64,000 bases of DNA from Dehalococcoidia bacterium (GTDB lineage Bacteria > Chloroflexota > Dehalococcoidia > UBA2979): the NCBI GenBank assembly GCA_965262725.1, contig OZ253555.1, forward strand, positions 320,001-384,000, written 5' to 3'. The notes below the pieces were generated by a model, which ran no database searches, was not told where the DNA came from, and was given only the letters and a program-made list of their open reading frames with translations. Below, piece after piece: positions 10,711 through 20,882 of the stretch (its first letter is position 1; each line of letters begins with the position of its first letter). The translations under genes were made by a program, and so were the position numbers.

Positions 10711-11420
10711 GAGCGATATACTACAAAGCCTGGGAGGACGACTTCGCGAGCGACCCGCTGCTCGCGATCATCGCCCAGGTCCGCGAGCGCCTCGGCGAGG
10801 GCTTCGCGGAGCGGGTTCGGAGCGTCGTGGAGGCGGCGGGCGCTCTGCTCTACCAGGCGGTGTCGGCCGCCTCGCTCCTCGGCGCCGGGATATCCCTCCG
10901 GCCGCTCCCGGCGGAGAGCGATCGCTCCGCCTCGGAGAGGCTCGACACCTACGATGCGAAGAGGGCAGCGACGGAGAGGCTCAGGGAGACTCTGCCGTGC
11001 CTAGCGTCCGACGTCCGGGAGGAGACCGCCCACCCGCTCGTCTTCATCATCGGCGAGCTCGACCGGTGCCGGCCGACCTTCGCGATCGCGCTCCTGGAGC
11101 GAGTCAAGCACATCTTCGACGTGCCCGACGTCGTCTTCGTGTTCGGGGTCAACCGCGTGGAGCTCACGCGCTCGGTGGAGTCGGTCTACGGCGCGATCGA
11201 GGCACGGACGTACCTCCGGCGCCTCTTCGACATGGAGTTCGTGCTCCCCGATGCCGACCCGATGCGGTTCTGCCTCTACCTGCTGCACCGCTACGGGCTG
11301 GACGCCTTCTTCTACGAGCTGAGCACCCGGGCGTCACCTCACCGAGTTCGAGACGATCTTCGAGTACCTGCCCGTGGTGGTCGACGACCTGGGTCTCTCG
11401 CTTTGCGGGGACATGACCAC
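10711..11420 (+). pseudogene. KAP-family P-loop NTPase fragment, paralog of 52613-54090
   Basis: FIIGELDRCRPTFAIALLERVKHIF nearly identical to the 52613 copy; lacks Walker A region; Walker B D>G. Confidence 0.85.
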
Positions 11421-11816
11421 TGCGGGCCGAGTTGCGGCCCGTACCTCGAGGCCGAGGCGATCCGTGTCTGAGGACCGGGCTTGGGACCTGTATAGGCGCG
11501 CCGCTCGAATCCTGGAGGGTTGCGTATCGCACGCACGGGGTCGCTTCATCGACTGCGCGAGGAATGGTGAGTGCGACTCCGAAACGGGTAGAGAACCTCC
11601 CCGCCGGCCGTCGCCACGAGTTCAACCGGGACTCCGAACACGGGCTCCAGCACCGAGCGGCCTCCGACGACCGCAAGTCCCAGAGGTCATCCTCGGCTGA
11701 CGAAACGGAAAATGCGCATACACATCTTGACAGGTCAGTCCTCGCCCGAAGACCATAGTAATTCCGCCATAGGGCGGCCTTGTCGGGGCCGCTACCGGGC
11801 GCACGGAGCCAAAGCA

Positions 11817-11978
11817 ATGCAGAAGCTCGATGCAAACGCGCTAATGCGAGACGTACTCACCGAGCTTGAAGACCTGCCCGAGGGTCTTGAACAAGATGTG
11901 CTGGCACTGGTGGATTCGGCTCCAACTTCACGGTGGGAGAAGCTGCGGGACCTCTTCTTGGATGTGTCGCGTGACTGA
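11817..11978 (+). CDS. Small acidic hypothetical protein (53 aa), overlapping the next gene's start
   Basis: GGAG RBS then MQKLDANALMRDVLTELEDL...; stop overlaps GTG 11971. Confidence 0.6.
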   Translation: MQKLDANALMRDVLTELEDLPEGLEQDVLALVDSAPTSRWEKLRDLFLDVSRD

Positions 11979-14262
11979 ACGAATCACATCGATCGCTCTA
12001 CAAGCCTTCCGTGGTGTTCGGGCAACCCTATCCATCGATTTGGCGCCTGGGCGCAGCTGCGTACTCCTAGGAGACAACGGAACGGGGAAGAGCACGCTAG
12101 CCGATGCGATCGAATGGTACTTCAATGGTCGAATCGCATTCCTCGCGAAGGAAGGCCGCAGCGAAGGTATTCGGCATCGGGGAGCATCGAGTGACCTCGT
12201 CACCAAAGTCAAAATCTGCACTAACGGATCACTAGGCGGAGTCGCTACTCCGGACACTTCCGCACGTCCGGCAGTGTTGAGTGTTGGACGTTCAGAATTG
12301 ATGATTCTCCGGGGTCGTACGCTTGCCGACTTCGTGGACAAGACGAAGGGGGAGAAGTGGAAGGCTTTTTCGGAACTGTTGGGGCTCGAGGCTATCGATC
12401 GGGTACGCCTCGATCTGCAAAGGGCAAGGAACGATCTAGACGACCAAGCGCAGCGTGCGAGCACTGAACTCTCTGAGAAGCGAGCGGTCTTAAGCGAGAT
12501 GGGCACGGGCGCGTCGGAGGAAGGCGTCTATTCCGCGATAGTCGCAAAGTGCGAGGCGGCCGGCGTCCGGTCACCTGACACTCTCGACCAAGCTCTCACT
12601 TCCGAATGGCGCAAGACCGCTGTGCCCGATGGTTCCACGGAGGAGCGCGTAGTTGCCCTGCGAGGCCTGCTGGCAGAATCGCGCGAAGCCGCGAAGAAGG
12701 CGATTGCGTTGGATCGGGTCGAGGACTGGAACGAGTTCGTCAGTAGGGAACGCGGAGACCAACTCCGTCTAGGCGTCTACAGGGCAGCCGACTCTTTGCT
12801 GCGCTCAAGCCACGCCCGAGATGGAGAGTGTCCGCTTTGCAAACAGCCACTTGGTCTCATAGTGCTTCGTGAGAGTGTGGCTACGGAGCTCCGCGAACTG
12901 GAAGGTGCAGCTGAAGCGCTGGAAGCCGAGCGACGGACGGCCCGCGGCCTTGTCGAGGCTCTACGCGAGGCCGCGCAGCGCCGAGCACGCATCGTCAGCC
13001 GCGCACTCGCACAGGGAGTGAGACTGGCACCGCCGCCCACGGTTTCGCACGATCACCTTGCTCGGAGCATCGATGAACTCTCTGAGATCGACCGCTCGGT
13101 TATCGAACCATGCCTAAGTGAATCGGCCACTTGGGATCGCGAGGTGCTAGTGGCGCTGGAGGCAGCGATCCCTGCGCCCCACGGCGGACACGATCAAGCT
13201 CTGATCGCTCTTGGAGCGCTTCTCGTTGCGGCCACTGCATGGCGCGACGCCGTGCGTCGTGACACTGCGTCCAGTGCCGCGCTGAAGCTCGCCGACCGCG
13301 TCTTCGGCCACTATCAGGCCAAACAGCACGAACAATTCAGGCAGGTCATCGCTCGGATCGCCGGTCGAGTGGCGGAGATCTACCACTTCCTGCATCCGGA
13401 AGAGGGGATCGGTGCAGTTACCATAGAGACTGTTGGGGCCAAGGGAGCCGAGCTAGCCGTCGAGTTTCACAGCAAGAAGGAGATGCCGCCGCATCGTGTC
13501 TTGAGTGAATCGCACCTGAATTCGCTAGGCATTGCGCTGTTTCTTGCGATGGCCGAGACGTCGAACGACCAGATTGGCTTCCTGGTACTGGACGATGTCG
13601 TCAATAGCTTTGATCGCGAACATCGCGGGCGCCTTGCGGAGTTGCTAGTCGACCAATTCAGTGAGACCCAGTTGATTGTCCTTACTCATGACGAGCAGTT
13701 CTTCACTCGGATTTCTCTTAGAGCGCCATCTTGGGTCCACGAGCGGTTTACTTCTTGGTCATACAACGATGGTCCGCGTACACAGCGCTACACCGGAGAT
13801 CGAATGCTCATGGAGGCGAACGAAGCACTAGAAGGCGGCGACCGCGCTGGTGCAGCGCAGAAGGGGCGGCGAGCGCTCGAGGAGCTACTCCAGGAAGCAT
13901 GCGAACGGTTGGAGGCGCTGCTCCCGTTCCGGAGGGGACAGCACAACGATCTTCGACCGGCCGTAGAGGTACTCGGCGGGCTTCGGAGAACCCTGAAGGA
14001 TCGCGCGAGATCGCTATACGCCCAACTCAACCCGCTACTACAGCACCTCGAAGCAGATCTGCAGGCCAGCCTTAATGTGGAATCTCACGCCAGCCCGGGA
14101 AGCACATCCAGTCAGGAAGTTCGCGACGCTCTAGTGCGGATCGCCGAGCTCCGTGAGTCGTTCACTTGTGCAGAGTGTGGTACGCGCGCCTGGTACGCCG
14201 GCTCGCCCGATGCATCGCGATGCAAGTGTGGTCAACATCAGTTCCCACCTGTGGACAGTTGA
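11971..14262 (+). CDS. Rad50/SMC-like ABC ATPase with zinc hook and C-terminal HEPN-like region (RloC-like)
   Basis: Walker A GDNGTGKS, CPLC hook, LSESH signature, LVLDDVVNSFD Walker B, LTHD H-loop, C-terminal LNVESH and CAEC...CKCG. Confidence 0.8.
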   Translation: MTERITSIALQAFRGVRATLSIDLAPGRSCVLLGDNGTGKSTLADAIEWYFNGRIAFLAKEGRSEGIRHRGASSDLVTKVKICTNGSLGGVATPDTSARPAVLSVGRSELMILRGRTLADFVDKTKGEKWKAFSELLGLEAIDRVRLDLQRARNDLDDQAQRASTELSEKRAVLSEMGTGASEEGVYSAIVAKCEAAGVRSPDTLDQALTSEWRKTAVPDGSTEERVVALRGLLAESREAAKKAIALDRVEDWNEFVSRERGDQLRLGVYRAADSLLRSSHARDGECPLCKQPLGLIVLRESVATELRELEGAAEALEAERRTARGLVEALREAAQRRARIVSRALAQGVRLAPPPTVSHDHLARSIDELSEIDRSVIEPCLSESATWDREVLVALEAAIPAPHGGHDQALIALGALLVAATAWRDAVRRDTASSAALKLADRVFGHYQAKQHEQFRQVIARIAGRVAEIYHFLHPEEGIGAVTIETVGAKGAELAVEFHSKKEMPPHRVLSESHLNSLGIALFLAMAETSNDQIGFLVLDDVVNSFDREHRGRLAELLVDQFSETQLIVLTHDEQFFTRISLRAPSWVHERFTSWSYNDGPRTQRYTGDRMLMEANEALEGGDRAGAAQKGRRALEELLQEACERLEALLPFRRGQHNDLRPAVEVLGGLRRTLKDRARSLYAQLNPLLQHLEADLQASLNVESHASPGSTSSQEVRDALVRIAELRESFTCAECGTRAWYAGSPDASRCKCGQHQFPPVDS

Positions 14263-14317
14263 TCTTGTGGCCTGCCCCAAAGAGCAATGGCGGCTGTCCA
14301 CCGACTCCGCCAACTTG

Positions 14318-14326
14318 TGCTATATT
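14318..14326 (+). promoter_or_regulatory. Extended -10 element upstream of the XRE-ImmA gene
   Basis: TGCTATATT lies 5 nt before ATG 14332 (possible leaderless transcript). Confidence 0.45.
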
Positions 14327-14750
14327 CGCACATGGGCTCCCTAACTCCCTCGCAGTCCCAAGAGGTTCGTTTCGTGCCAATCGCACCCCTTCCGGACTGG
14401 CAGTCCGTCGGAGCGCGCGTCGCCCTCGCGCGACGCACTCTCGGACTCACCCAAGCCGAGCTCGCCGCACGCGTCGAACTCGGCCGATCAGTGCTCGCGA
14501 AGGTGGAGAGGGGCGCTCGCCAGCTAAGCTCGAATCCACCGAACGAAGCTTGACGAGGCGGGGTGCCGGGCTGCCGGAGAGTTCGACGGGTGTGTCGGCG
14601 TTCGCCGGGCGGCGCCGGGGGCGGGCCGGAGCCAGGAGCCGTCGCTCAGCACCGCTCGGGGGCGCTGAGGGTGCGGGCGCGAGGGTGCGCGAGGCGTGGG
14701 CGGGCATGCTGGCGCGAGCTTCGGCTCCGGTTCGGCGCTGTGAGCGGGCG

Positions 14751-16076
14751 TCAGGTCGGGAGCGGTATCGCCCGTAGTCGCGCGAGCGCGGCTGCCAGCT
14801 GCCCGGCCCAGGGCCAGCGCTTCGGGAGGTGCAGGGTCCACCGCCGGGCAGAGTGGGTGAGCCGTCCGGCGAGAGAGAAGTAGCGCCGCCTGAGCGTCCT
14901 GGTCGTCACGATCCCCTCGCCGAGCCCGAGGCGTGCCGTCCAGCGGGCGAGGTTGTGCGCGATCACCTGCACCGCGAGCCACGCCGCGTTCGCGGCGAAG
15001 CGGCCCGAGGGGAGATGGTTCAACCCGACGCCGTACTTGAGGTCGCGGATCGCGTTCTCGATCTCGGCGTGACGGCGATGGTCGGCCTCCAGCTCCATCA
15101 TCTCCCCCGCGCGATCGGTGATGAAGGCGTGGTAACTGTAGTTCACGAAGAGCGCGAGCTGTGAGCCGGGCGTCGGCTTGACGCGCCGCACGATGAGCCG
15201 CACCGCGGTGGCGTCCCTCGTGTGCTGGAACGGCGTGTAGGTCGTCTCGGCGACAGCGGCGCCGCCCGCCAGCCAGTACGGGATCGGCGTCCAGTCCTCT
15301 TCCGGTATCGCCTCGATCAGCCGGCGTACGTTCGGCTGCTGGCGAATGGTGATGGAGAAGCGGACATCCTGCTTGCGACAGACGGCGACGACAGCGTGGT
15401 TGTAGAAGCCGCTGTCGGCGCGCACCGTGAGCTGCCCGCTCGCCCCGGCGTCGCGCACCCGGCCCACCGTCTCACGCAGGAAGTGGGCGGCCCCCCGAGC
15501 GGTGTTGGCACGGCCCCCGCGCAGCCGGGCCATCAGCACCTCACCCGTCCCGGCCGCCACCGCGAGCAGCGGGTGATAGCCGCGCACGCCCGTGTAGCCG
15601 TGGTGCCGGGCGCCCTCTTTCGCCAGTCCGTAGGTCTCGCAGAGCGTCGAGTCGAGGTCGATCGTGAACGGTGCCGCGCCGGGTCCCGCCCCGGCCGCCC
15701 AACTGCGGGCCAGCAACTCGCGGCTGACGCGGTCGAGCTGGCGGACGTGGCCCCAGCGGAAGCTGCGCAGGAACGTCCCGAGGGTGGACGGCGCCTTCAC
15801 CGTGCAGCCGAGCACGCGCCCGGCGCCGCCTGAGCGCATGGCATCGGCGTCATCGATGCAGTCGCCGCCCGCGAGCGCCGAGGCGATGAGAGTCATCAGC
15901 TTGTCGCCGACGTTCGCCCGCCCCGCTGCGTCACCGAGGTCGAGGTGGGCGTCTGCCAGTTCACGGAGGCCGAGCCGGCCAGCGAGCGTGGCCGGGAGCA
16001 GCAGGCCCGCGTGGTCCACGAGGCGGTCGTCGTCGAAGGCGATGTGTATCCGGTCGGGGCTGCTCGTTGCTAACAT
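14751..16076 (-). CDS. IS1380-family transposase
   Basis: IDLDST, GYHPLLA, VRADSGFY, EIENAIRDLK and RFAANAAWL motifs. Confidence 0.93.
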   Translation of the reverse strand: MLATSSPDRIHIAFDDDRLVDHAGLLLPATLAGRLGLRELADAHLDLGDAAGRANVGDKLMTLIASALAGGDCIDDADAMRSGGAGRVLGCTVKAPSTLGTFLRSFRWGHVRQLDRVSRELLARSWAAGAGPGAAPFTIDLDSTLCETYGLAKEGARHHGYTGVRGYHPLLAVAAGTGEVLMARLRGGRANTARGAAHFLRETVGRVRDAGASGQLTVRADSGFYNHAVVAVCRKQDVRFSITIRQQPNVRRLIEAIPEEDWTPIPYWLAGGAAVAETTYTPFQHTRDATAVRLIVRRVKPTPGSQLALFVNYSYHAFITDRAGEMMELEADHRRHAEIENAIRDLKYGVGLNHLPSGRFAANAAWLAVQVIAHNLARWTARLGLGEGIVTTRTLRRRYFSLAGRLTHSARRWTLHLPKRWPWAGQLAAALARLRAIPLPT

Positions 16077-16249
16077 CGAATGGGTGCTCCCTGTGGCTGT
16101 GACGTGATTCGGTCAAAAACCATTGTCCCAGCTACAGCGGAGCACCCAACCCCAGCCGCTCGCGCACTCTTCTTCGGTTCGCGGTAGGGATGCCGGTTGC
16201 CCGGCACCCCCCGCACAGATCCGGACGTGCCCTCTCGGGCATCCGGCTC

Positions 16250-17578
16250 CTACCTCAAGTGCGTGACGGCAAATCGCTCCGCAGGCCACGGGTGAAGGAT
16301 GGAGATTCGGGGCCAGTGTTTCTGGCACAGGGCAAGGATGCGCTCCCACGTGAAACGGTCGCGCTGCGACCGCCGTCGGAGAACGCGCAGCCAGAGCCGC
16401 TTCACGAAACGAACAAACTGCGTGAGCGCCGGCGAGCTGGTCGGCACCGCGTAGTAGCCAAGCCACCCACGCAGTACCCGCCCCAGCCACTGCCCCGTCG
16501 TCACGGGGTTGTCGTGCATGCGCCGCCACAACTCGGCCTTGATGGCCTTCAGCGTCCGGCGCATCCGCTTCGCAACGGGCTTGCGCCCCAGCCCGAATCT
16601 CCCGTCGCGTCGGGTCCGGCAGTAGTGCGTCATGCCGAGAAAGTCGAACGTCTCCGGTCGGCCCTCCCCGCGCTTCCGCCTGTTCGCCAGCGCGAACCTG
16701 CCGAACTCAAGTAGACGGGTCTTCTCCGGGTGCAGCTCCAGCCCGTAGGCCGCGAACCGCTCCCGGAGTGCCTTCATGAACCGCACCGCATCGCTGCGGT
16801 GCTGGAACCCCAGGACGAAGTCATCGGCATACCGCACGATGTACGCCTCGCCCCGGACCTCCCGCGGTCGCCACTCGCGCGCAAACCAGTCGTCGAGCAC
16901 GTTGTGCAGGTACACGTTCGCAAGCAGCGGCGATATCGGCGCCCCCTGCGGCATCCCCCGCACGAAATCGACTTCCGGCTCCGCGTCCATGACGCCGACG
17001 CTCAGCCACTTTCGTATCAGGCGCAACACCCGCTGGTCCCCGATGCGCATCTCCAGAAACGACATCAGCCGCCCCCGGTCGATGCTGCCGAAGAACTCCC
17101 GGATGTCCACCTCGACAATCCAGCTGACCTTGCGCCGTTCGACCGCGTAGGCCAGTGCGTCCAGCGCGTCATGCGCCGAACGCCCCGGCCTGAAGCCATG
17201 CGAGAAGCCGTAGTAGCCCGACTCGTAAATCGGGTTCAAAAGATTGTCCACCACCGCCCGCTGAACGATCTTGTCCTCCAGCGAGACGATACCGAGCGGC
17301 CGTATTCCCCCGTCCGGCTTGGGTATCTCTACCCGCCTGACGGGCTTCGCCCGGTACGCTCCACGGTGTACGCGGCCATGCAGGTCGAGCAATCGCTCGT
17401 CCAGCCCGTCCCCGTATTCTCGCCACCTCACCCCGTCCACGCCCGGAGCCGCATCCCGCTTCAACGCGAGATACGCCTCCCGCAGCGCCTCCGGCGTGAT
17501 GTGGTGCAAGAGCGCGGTGAGTTTCTCTCCCGGCTTCCGTTCCACGAACTGCCGTATCCTCTCCGCTCCGGGTGACAC
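16250..17578 (-). CDS. ltrA: Group II intron reverse transcriptase/maturase, no endonuclease domain
   Basis: TALLHHI, APGVDG, RPLGI, PQGAPISPLLAN, YADD and FDFLG motifs. Confidence 0.93.
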   Translation of the reverse strand: MSPGAERIRQFVERKPGEKLTALLHHITPEALREAYLALKRDAAPGVDGVRWREYGDGLDERLLDLHGRVHRGAYRAKPVRRVEIPKPDGGIRPLGIVSLEDKIVQRAVVDNLLNPIYESGYYGFSHGFRPGRSAHDALDALAYAVERRKVSWIVEVDIREFFGSIDRGRLMSFLEMRIGDQRVLRLIRKWLSVGVMDAEPEVDFVRGMPQGAPISPLLANVYLHNVLDDWFAREWRPREVRGEAYIVRYADDFVLGFQHRSDAVRFMKALRERFAAYGLELHPEKTRLLEFGRFALANRRKRGEGRPETFDFLGMTHYCRTRRDGRFGLGRKPVAKRMRRTLKAIKAELWRRMHDNPVTTGQWLGRVLRGWLGYYAVPTSSPALTQFVRFVKRLWLRVLRRRSQRDRFTWERILALCQKHWPRISILHPWPAERFAVTHLR

Positions 17579-17689
17579 CGCACCCCGACTCTGCGTCCGG
17601 ACCGTGCCGGTGCTTTGAGGATTCCTCTCGGTTGGGGCCCTTTGCTCCAGCGACTCCGCCGGGGCTCGCGCCCCCTTCTATGAGGGTCG

Positions 17690-18023
17690 TCTGATCCGCA
17701 AGGCCGACGTGGCGGCCTTCTGCGCCGTTCTACCGATCGCGCCTCCCGTCCGCAGCCCTGTGGTGGTTGTCGGTGCCGATGCGAGTGGTGCCGCCGTCTT
17801 GTCCCCGGGACGTTGTGGTGACCGTGCTTCTATTCGCACTCGTCGAGGGGCCGCTCCGGGCCCGGTGCATGATGATCAGCCTGTCTCCAGGGTGTGGGCG
17901 CTGCCATCTTGTTCCCGTCCTCGTTGGGACCAGGGGGTTCCGCAGTCGCCCGCGTGTCGGCATCTCTCGTATCCTCCGAAGCCCACCGGCCGCCCGGTCG
18001 CCTCGCTCCTCGCGTGCTGTCTG
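17690..18023 (-). ncRNA. Candidate bridge/seekRNA of the IS1111-type element
   Basis: Non-coding 3' end containing paired segments that match the target (17932-37, 17908-14) and the donor junction (17871-75, 17827-33), each pair flanking a stem-loop. Confidence 0.72.
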
Positions 18024-19115
18024 CTACGCCGCCTCGGCCGCGCGCGCGTGGCGCAACGGCTCGTAGACCTCCCCGCTCTTCCAGAGCGCAAGCATCAGCA
18101 CCGCCAGTCGCCTCGCGACCGCGACGACGGCACGCTTCTTCGCATTGCCGGCCCCCGACTCCGCGTAACGCAGCCCCCACCTGCGGAGGTCGCTGTCGGG
18201 GCCGAAGGGGCCCAGGATGTAGTGCGCGGCCTGGTTCAGCACCCGGCGCAGCGCCACGTCCCCTTCCTTCGTGATCCGCAGCTGGGGCTGCCGATCACCG
18301 GAATCGCGGCTCCGGGGCACCAGCCCCAGGTAGGGCCCCACCTCCCTGTTCTTGGGGAAGCGGGCCGGGTCCTCGATGGTGAGGATGAAGGTGAGCGAGG
18401 TGATCGGGCCGACGCCCACGATCTGCCGCAGCGCGCCGGTCTCCGCGTAGCGCTCGCACATCGCGGCGAGCTTCTTGTCGGCCTGGCGGATCTCCCCGGT
18501 CAGCTGCTCGATCTGGTGGAGCACCGGCAGCAGCGCCGGGCCCAGCTCCTCGGGGATGTGCTCTCTGACCGCGCGGTGGAAGGCCGGCGCCGTGCAGCCC
18601 GGAAGCGCCGCGCCCCACGCCTTCACCGCGCCCCGGACGTGGTTGATGAACATCGTGCGCGCCCGGACCAGCGCCTCGCGGCTGCGGAGCACCTGGAGGT
18701 CCGCCTGCGCCATGGCGCTTCGGTGCCGGATGGGGAAGAGGAGCGCCGGGTCGAATCGGCCGAGCCGTGCGAGGTGCTCGGCATCGGAGCGGTCGGTCTT
18801 GCGCTGGCTGCGCGCGATCAGCCTGACCTGCCTCGGGTTGGCGACGATCACGTCGTGACCGAGCTCCGCGAACATCCGGCTCAGCCACGGGGACCGCGGC
18901 CCCACCTCCATCACCACCCGCGCGCCCTGCAGTGGGGTGAGCGCCCGCGTGAGCGCCGCGGTCGTGGTGCGGACTCGCTCCTCCCGCACGATCTCCCCGT
19001 CGCCACCGAGGACGCAGAGGTGACTGTAGCGGTCGCTGACGTCGATGCCGACAGTCACGAGCTCCGCATCCCCCACCTTCCTGCTCTCTGTGACATCTGA
19101 TGTACGCTGTGCCAC
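18024..19115 (-). CDS. IS110-family recombinase (DEDD)
   Basis: VGIDVS, VMEVG, KTDRSDA, IVGVGPIT, YLGLVP...SG and AVVAVARRL motifs; GTG 19115 after AGGAG. Confidence 0.93.
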   Translation of the reverse strand: MAQRTSDVTESRKVGDAELVTVGIDVSDRYSHLCVLGGDGEIVREERVRTTTAALTRALTPLQGARVVMEVGPRSPWLSRMFAELGHDVIVANPRQVRLIARSQRKTDRSDAEHLARLGRFDPALLFPIRHRSAMAQADLQVLRSREALVRARTMFINHVRGAVKAWGAALPGCTAPAFHRAVREHIPEELGPALLPVLHQIEQLTGEIRQADKKLAAMCERYAETGALRQIVGVGPITSLTFILTIEDPARFPKNREVGPYLGLVPRSRDSGDRQPQLRITKEGDVALRRVLNQAAHYILGPFGPDSDLRRWGLRYAESGAGNAKKRAVVAVARRLAVLMLALWKSGEVYEPLRHARAAEAA

Positions 19116-20623
19116 GGTCGGTCTCCTACCTCTCTCGGCTCGCCTGAGCCGTTCTCCTGGGCCACCACGTGAGCCCGTGCTTGGAGGGGAAGTATCCCCT
19201 CTGAGGAGGGGACCGACCCTCATGTCATCTTGTTCGCCGCCTTCATCGCTCGTACGGCCCCATCAGACTGCTGCGCATCGTGCATCATCGGCTACGGTTT
19301 ACGTCCCTTCCCGACGCGGTCCCGGCGTACGACTCGTCGGGACAACGCGCAGCTCTCCCAAGTCCCGGCGATAGACGTGTGTGCGTGCATGGGGTCTTCG
19401 ACACCGTGGGGCCCGACCACGACTCGCCAGTAGCGCCGTCGCCGGTATTGCCTTCGACCAATCCAAGAGCCTCGGCACCCCAAATGGCCCTTTCGATGCT
19501 CATTAGCCCCGCCCGCACACCCCGCTGCCGACGCTTCACAAGCCGCCTCGCGACGACCCGCGCACGGCTCGCGGAATGACATGAGTGGCTAGCTCTTTGC
19601 CATAGAGGACTTCCACCTCCTGCCTACTCGCCAGTTAGCCTGGCGCTCTGGATCAGGGCTAAGCGCCCTTGAACTCATGGCGCTCGCCAGGGAGACAGGC
19701 CTACCTATCGACTGGTTCGTCGCAGAATCGTCTCCGACCGTTACCAGCCACCGTGCGGGCAGTCTCAGCGCGTCAACGATCGTCAACGTGCGTGTCGATG
19801 TCCTCGTGCGGGACGTGACCCAGCTCATCGAGATGCATCTGCTTCGCACGGACGCGAAGCGGCCCGACCTGCGCGTTCCCCGCGATGTCGCGGGCGCCGA
19901 GGCGGCCGCACGCGCCGTGCGCACCCACCTCGAAGCCGACGCTGAGCACCCCATCGACCTCGCCGCGGCGGCTGAACGACTCGGCGTCTTCGCCTACTCG
20001 CTCGCGTTGCCGCAGAGCGACGTGGATGGCGGCTACGTGGCGCTCGACGACCAGCTCGGCGTCGCCCTGATCAACGGTGACCAGCCGTCGGCACGCCGCC
20101 GCTACACACTCGCTCACGAGATTGGCCATCATGTCTTCCAGGACGAGTATGCCGTTGACGTCGCCGCCACCGGCCGCTCGGAGACCGAGCGCACTATCGA
20201 TGCCTTTGCGATCCATCTGCTGTTGCCGCGCGCCACACTCGCTGACCGGTGGCGCGAGTTGGACGGCGACGATGAGCCCCGGACTGCCGCGCTCATCATC
20301 GGTGCCGAATACCGAGTCAGTTGGACAGCGCTCTGCGCGCAGCTCATCAATCTCGGCGTCGTGGAGCGATTCCGAGGCGAGATCATGCGGGAAACGACAC
20401 CGGTCGGGGGCGAGTACGCGGAGCTCGGCCTCGACATCGTCGAGGAGCTCGATGCGCCCTACGTCCCTCGCGGCGTCGCGCGCGCCGCCATCAGCGGCTA
20501 CCGCAGCCACCGCCTCGGCTTAGGACGAACCCTCGAGCTGCTCCACGGCACACTGGGTGAAGCGGACCTGCCCGACCGCCACGTCGTTCCGCTTGATGCG
20601 CTCGCCGGCGAGCTGCGTAGTCT

Positions 20624-20882
20624 GTGACGGATGTCGCGTTCGTCTTCGACGCCGGCCCGCTCAGCCACTTCGCGCGCGCGGGCCGGCTCGATGCGCTGCA
20701 CTTGATCTGCAGCGAGGCACGCCTCACGGTCACCGAGGCAGTGATCGGCGAGCTCGCCAGAGGCACCGCGACATACCCCTCGCTGCAGGACGTGATCGAG
20801 GCGGATTGACTGCAGCACGTCCGCGTGGACGGCCTCGCTGAGCTGGCAGCGTTCGCCGAGTACGCGCGGGTCCTTGGCTCCT
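20624..20882 (+). pseudogene. PIN-like toxin gene coupled to XRE-ImmA (RosmerTA-like pair); premature TGA and truncation by IS256
   Basis: MTDVAFVFDAGPLSHFARAGRLD...VIGEL; frame continues past TGA at 20807-09 (LQHVRVDGLAEL); start overlaps the ImmA stop. Confidence 0.65.

Larger units (their letters stand above)
17677..19230 (-). mobile_element. IS110-family, IS1111-type element inserted in the intron RNA
   Basis: Perfect subterminal IR ATGAGGGTCG (17680-89) / CGACCCTCAT (19214-23), 3 and 7 nt from the ends; CT core; removal restores CCCCCTTGTTCGCC. Confidence 0.88.
16178..19648 (-). mobile_element. Group II intron (class E-like) inserted in the IS1380 terminal repeat
   Basis: 5' GAGCGCCAGGCTAACTGGCG; domain V/VI GAGCCGGATGC...CACGTCCGGATCTGTGCGGGGG...CCCTACCGCGAA(C). 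The 3' end could be 16177 or 16178. Confidence 0.9.
14529..19658 (-). mobile_element. IS1380-family element (about 1.66 kb net) carrying a nested group II intron
   Basis: 5-bp TSD CTAAG at 14524-14528 and 19659-19663; imperfect TIRs CTCGAATCCACCGAA and CCCTGATCCA|CCGAA, the latter split by the intron. Confidence 0.88.
14332..20627 (+). pseudogene. XRE-HTH plus ImmA/IrrE (DUF955) metallopeptidase gene split by IS1380
   Basis: 14332-14528 (LTQAELAARVELGRSVLAKVERG) joins 19664-20627 in frame as RQLSALELM; 387 codons; AHEIGH HExxH motif. Confidence 0.9.
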
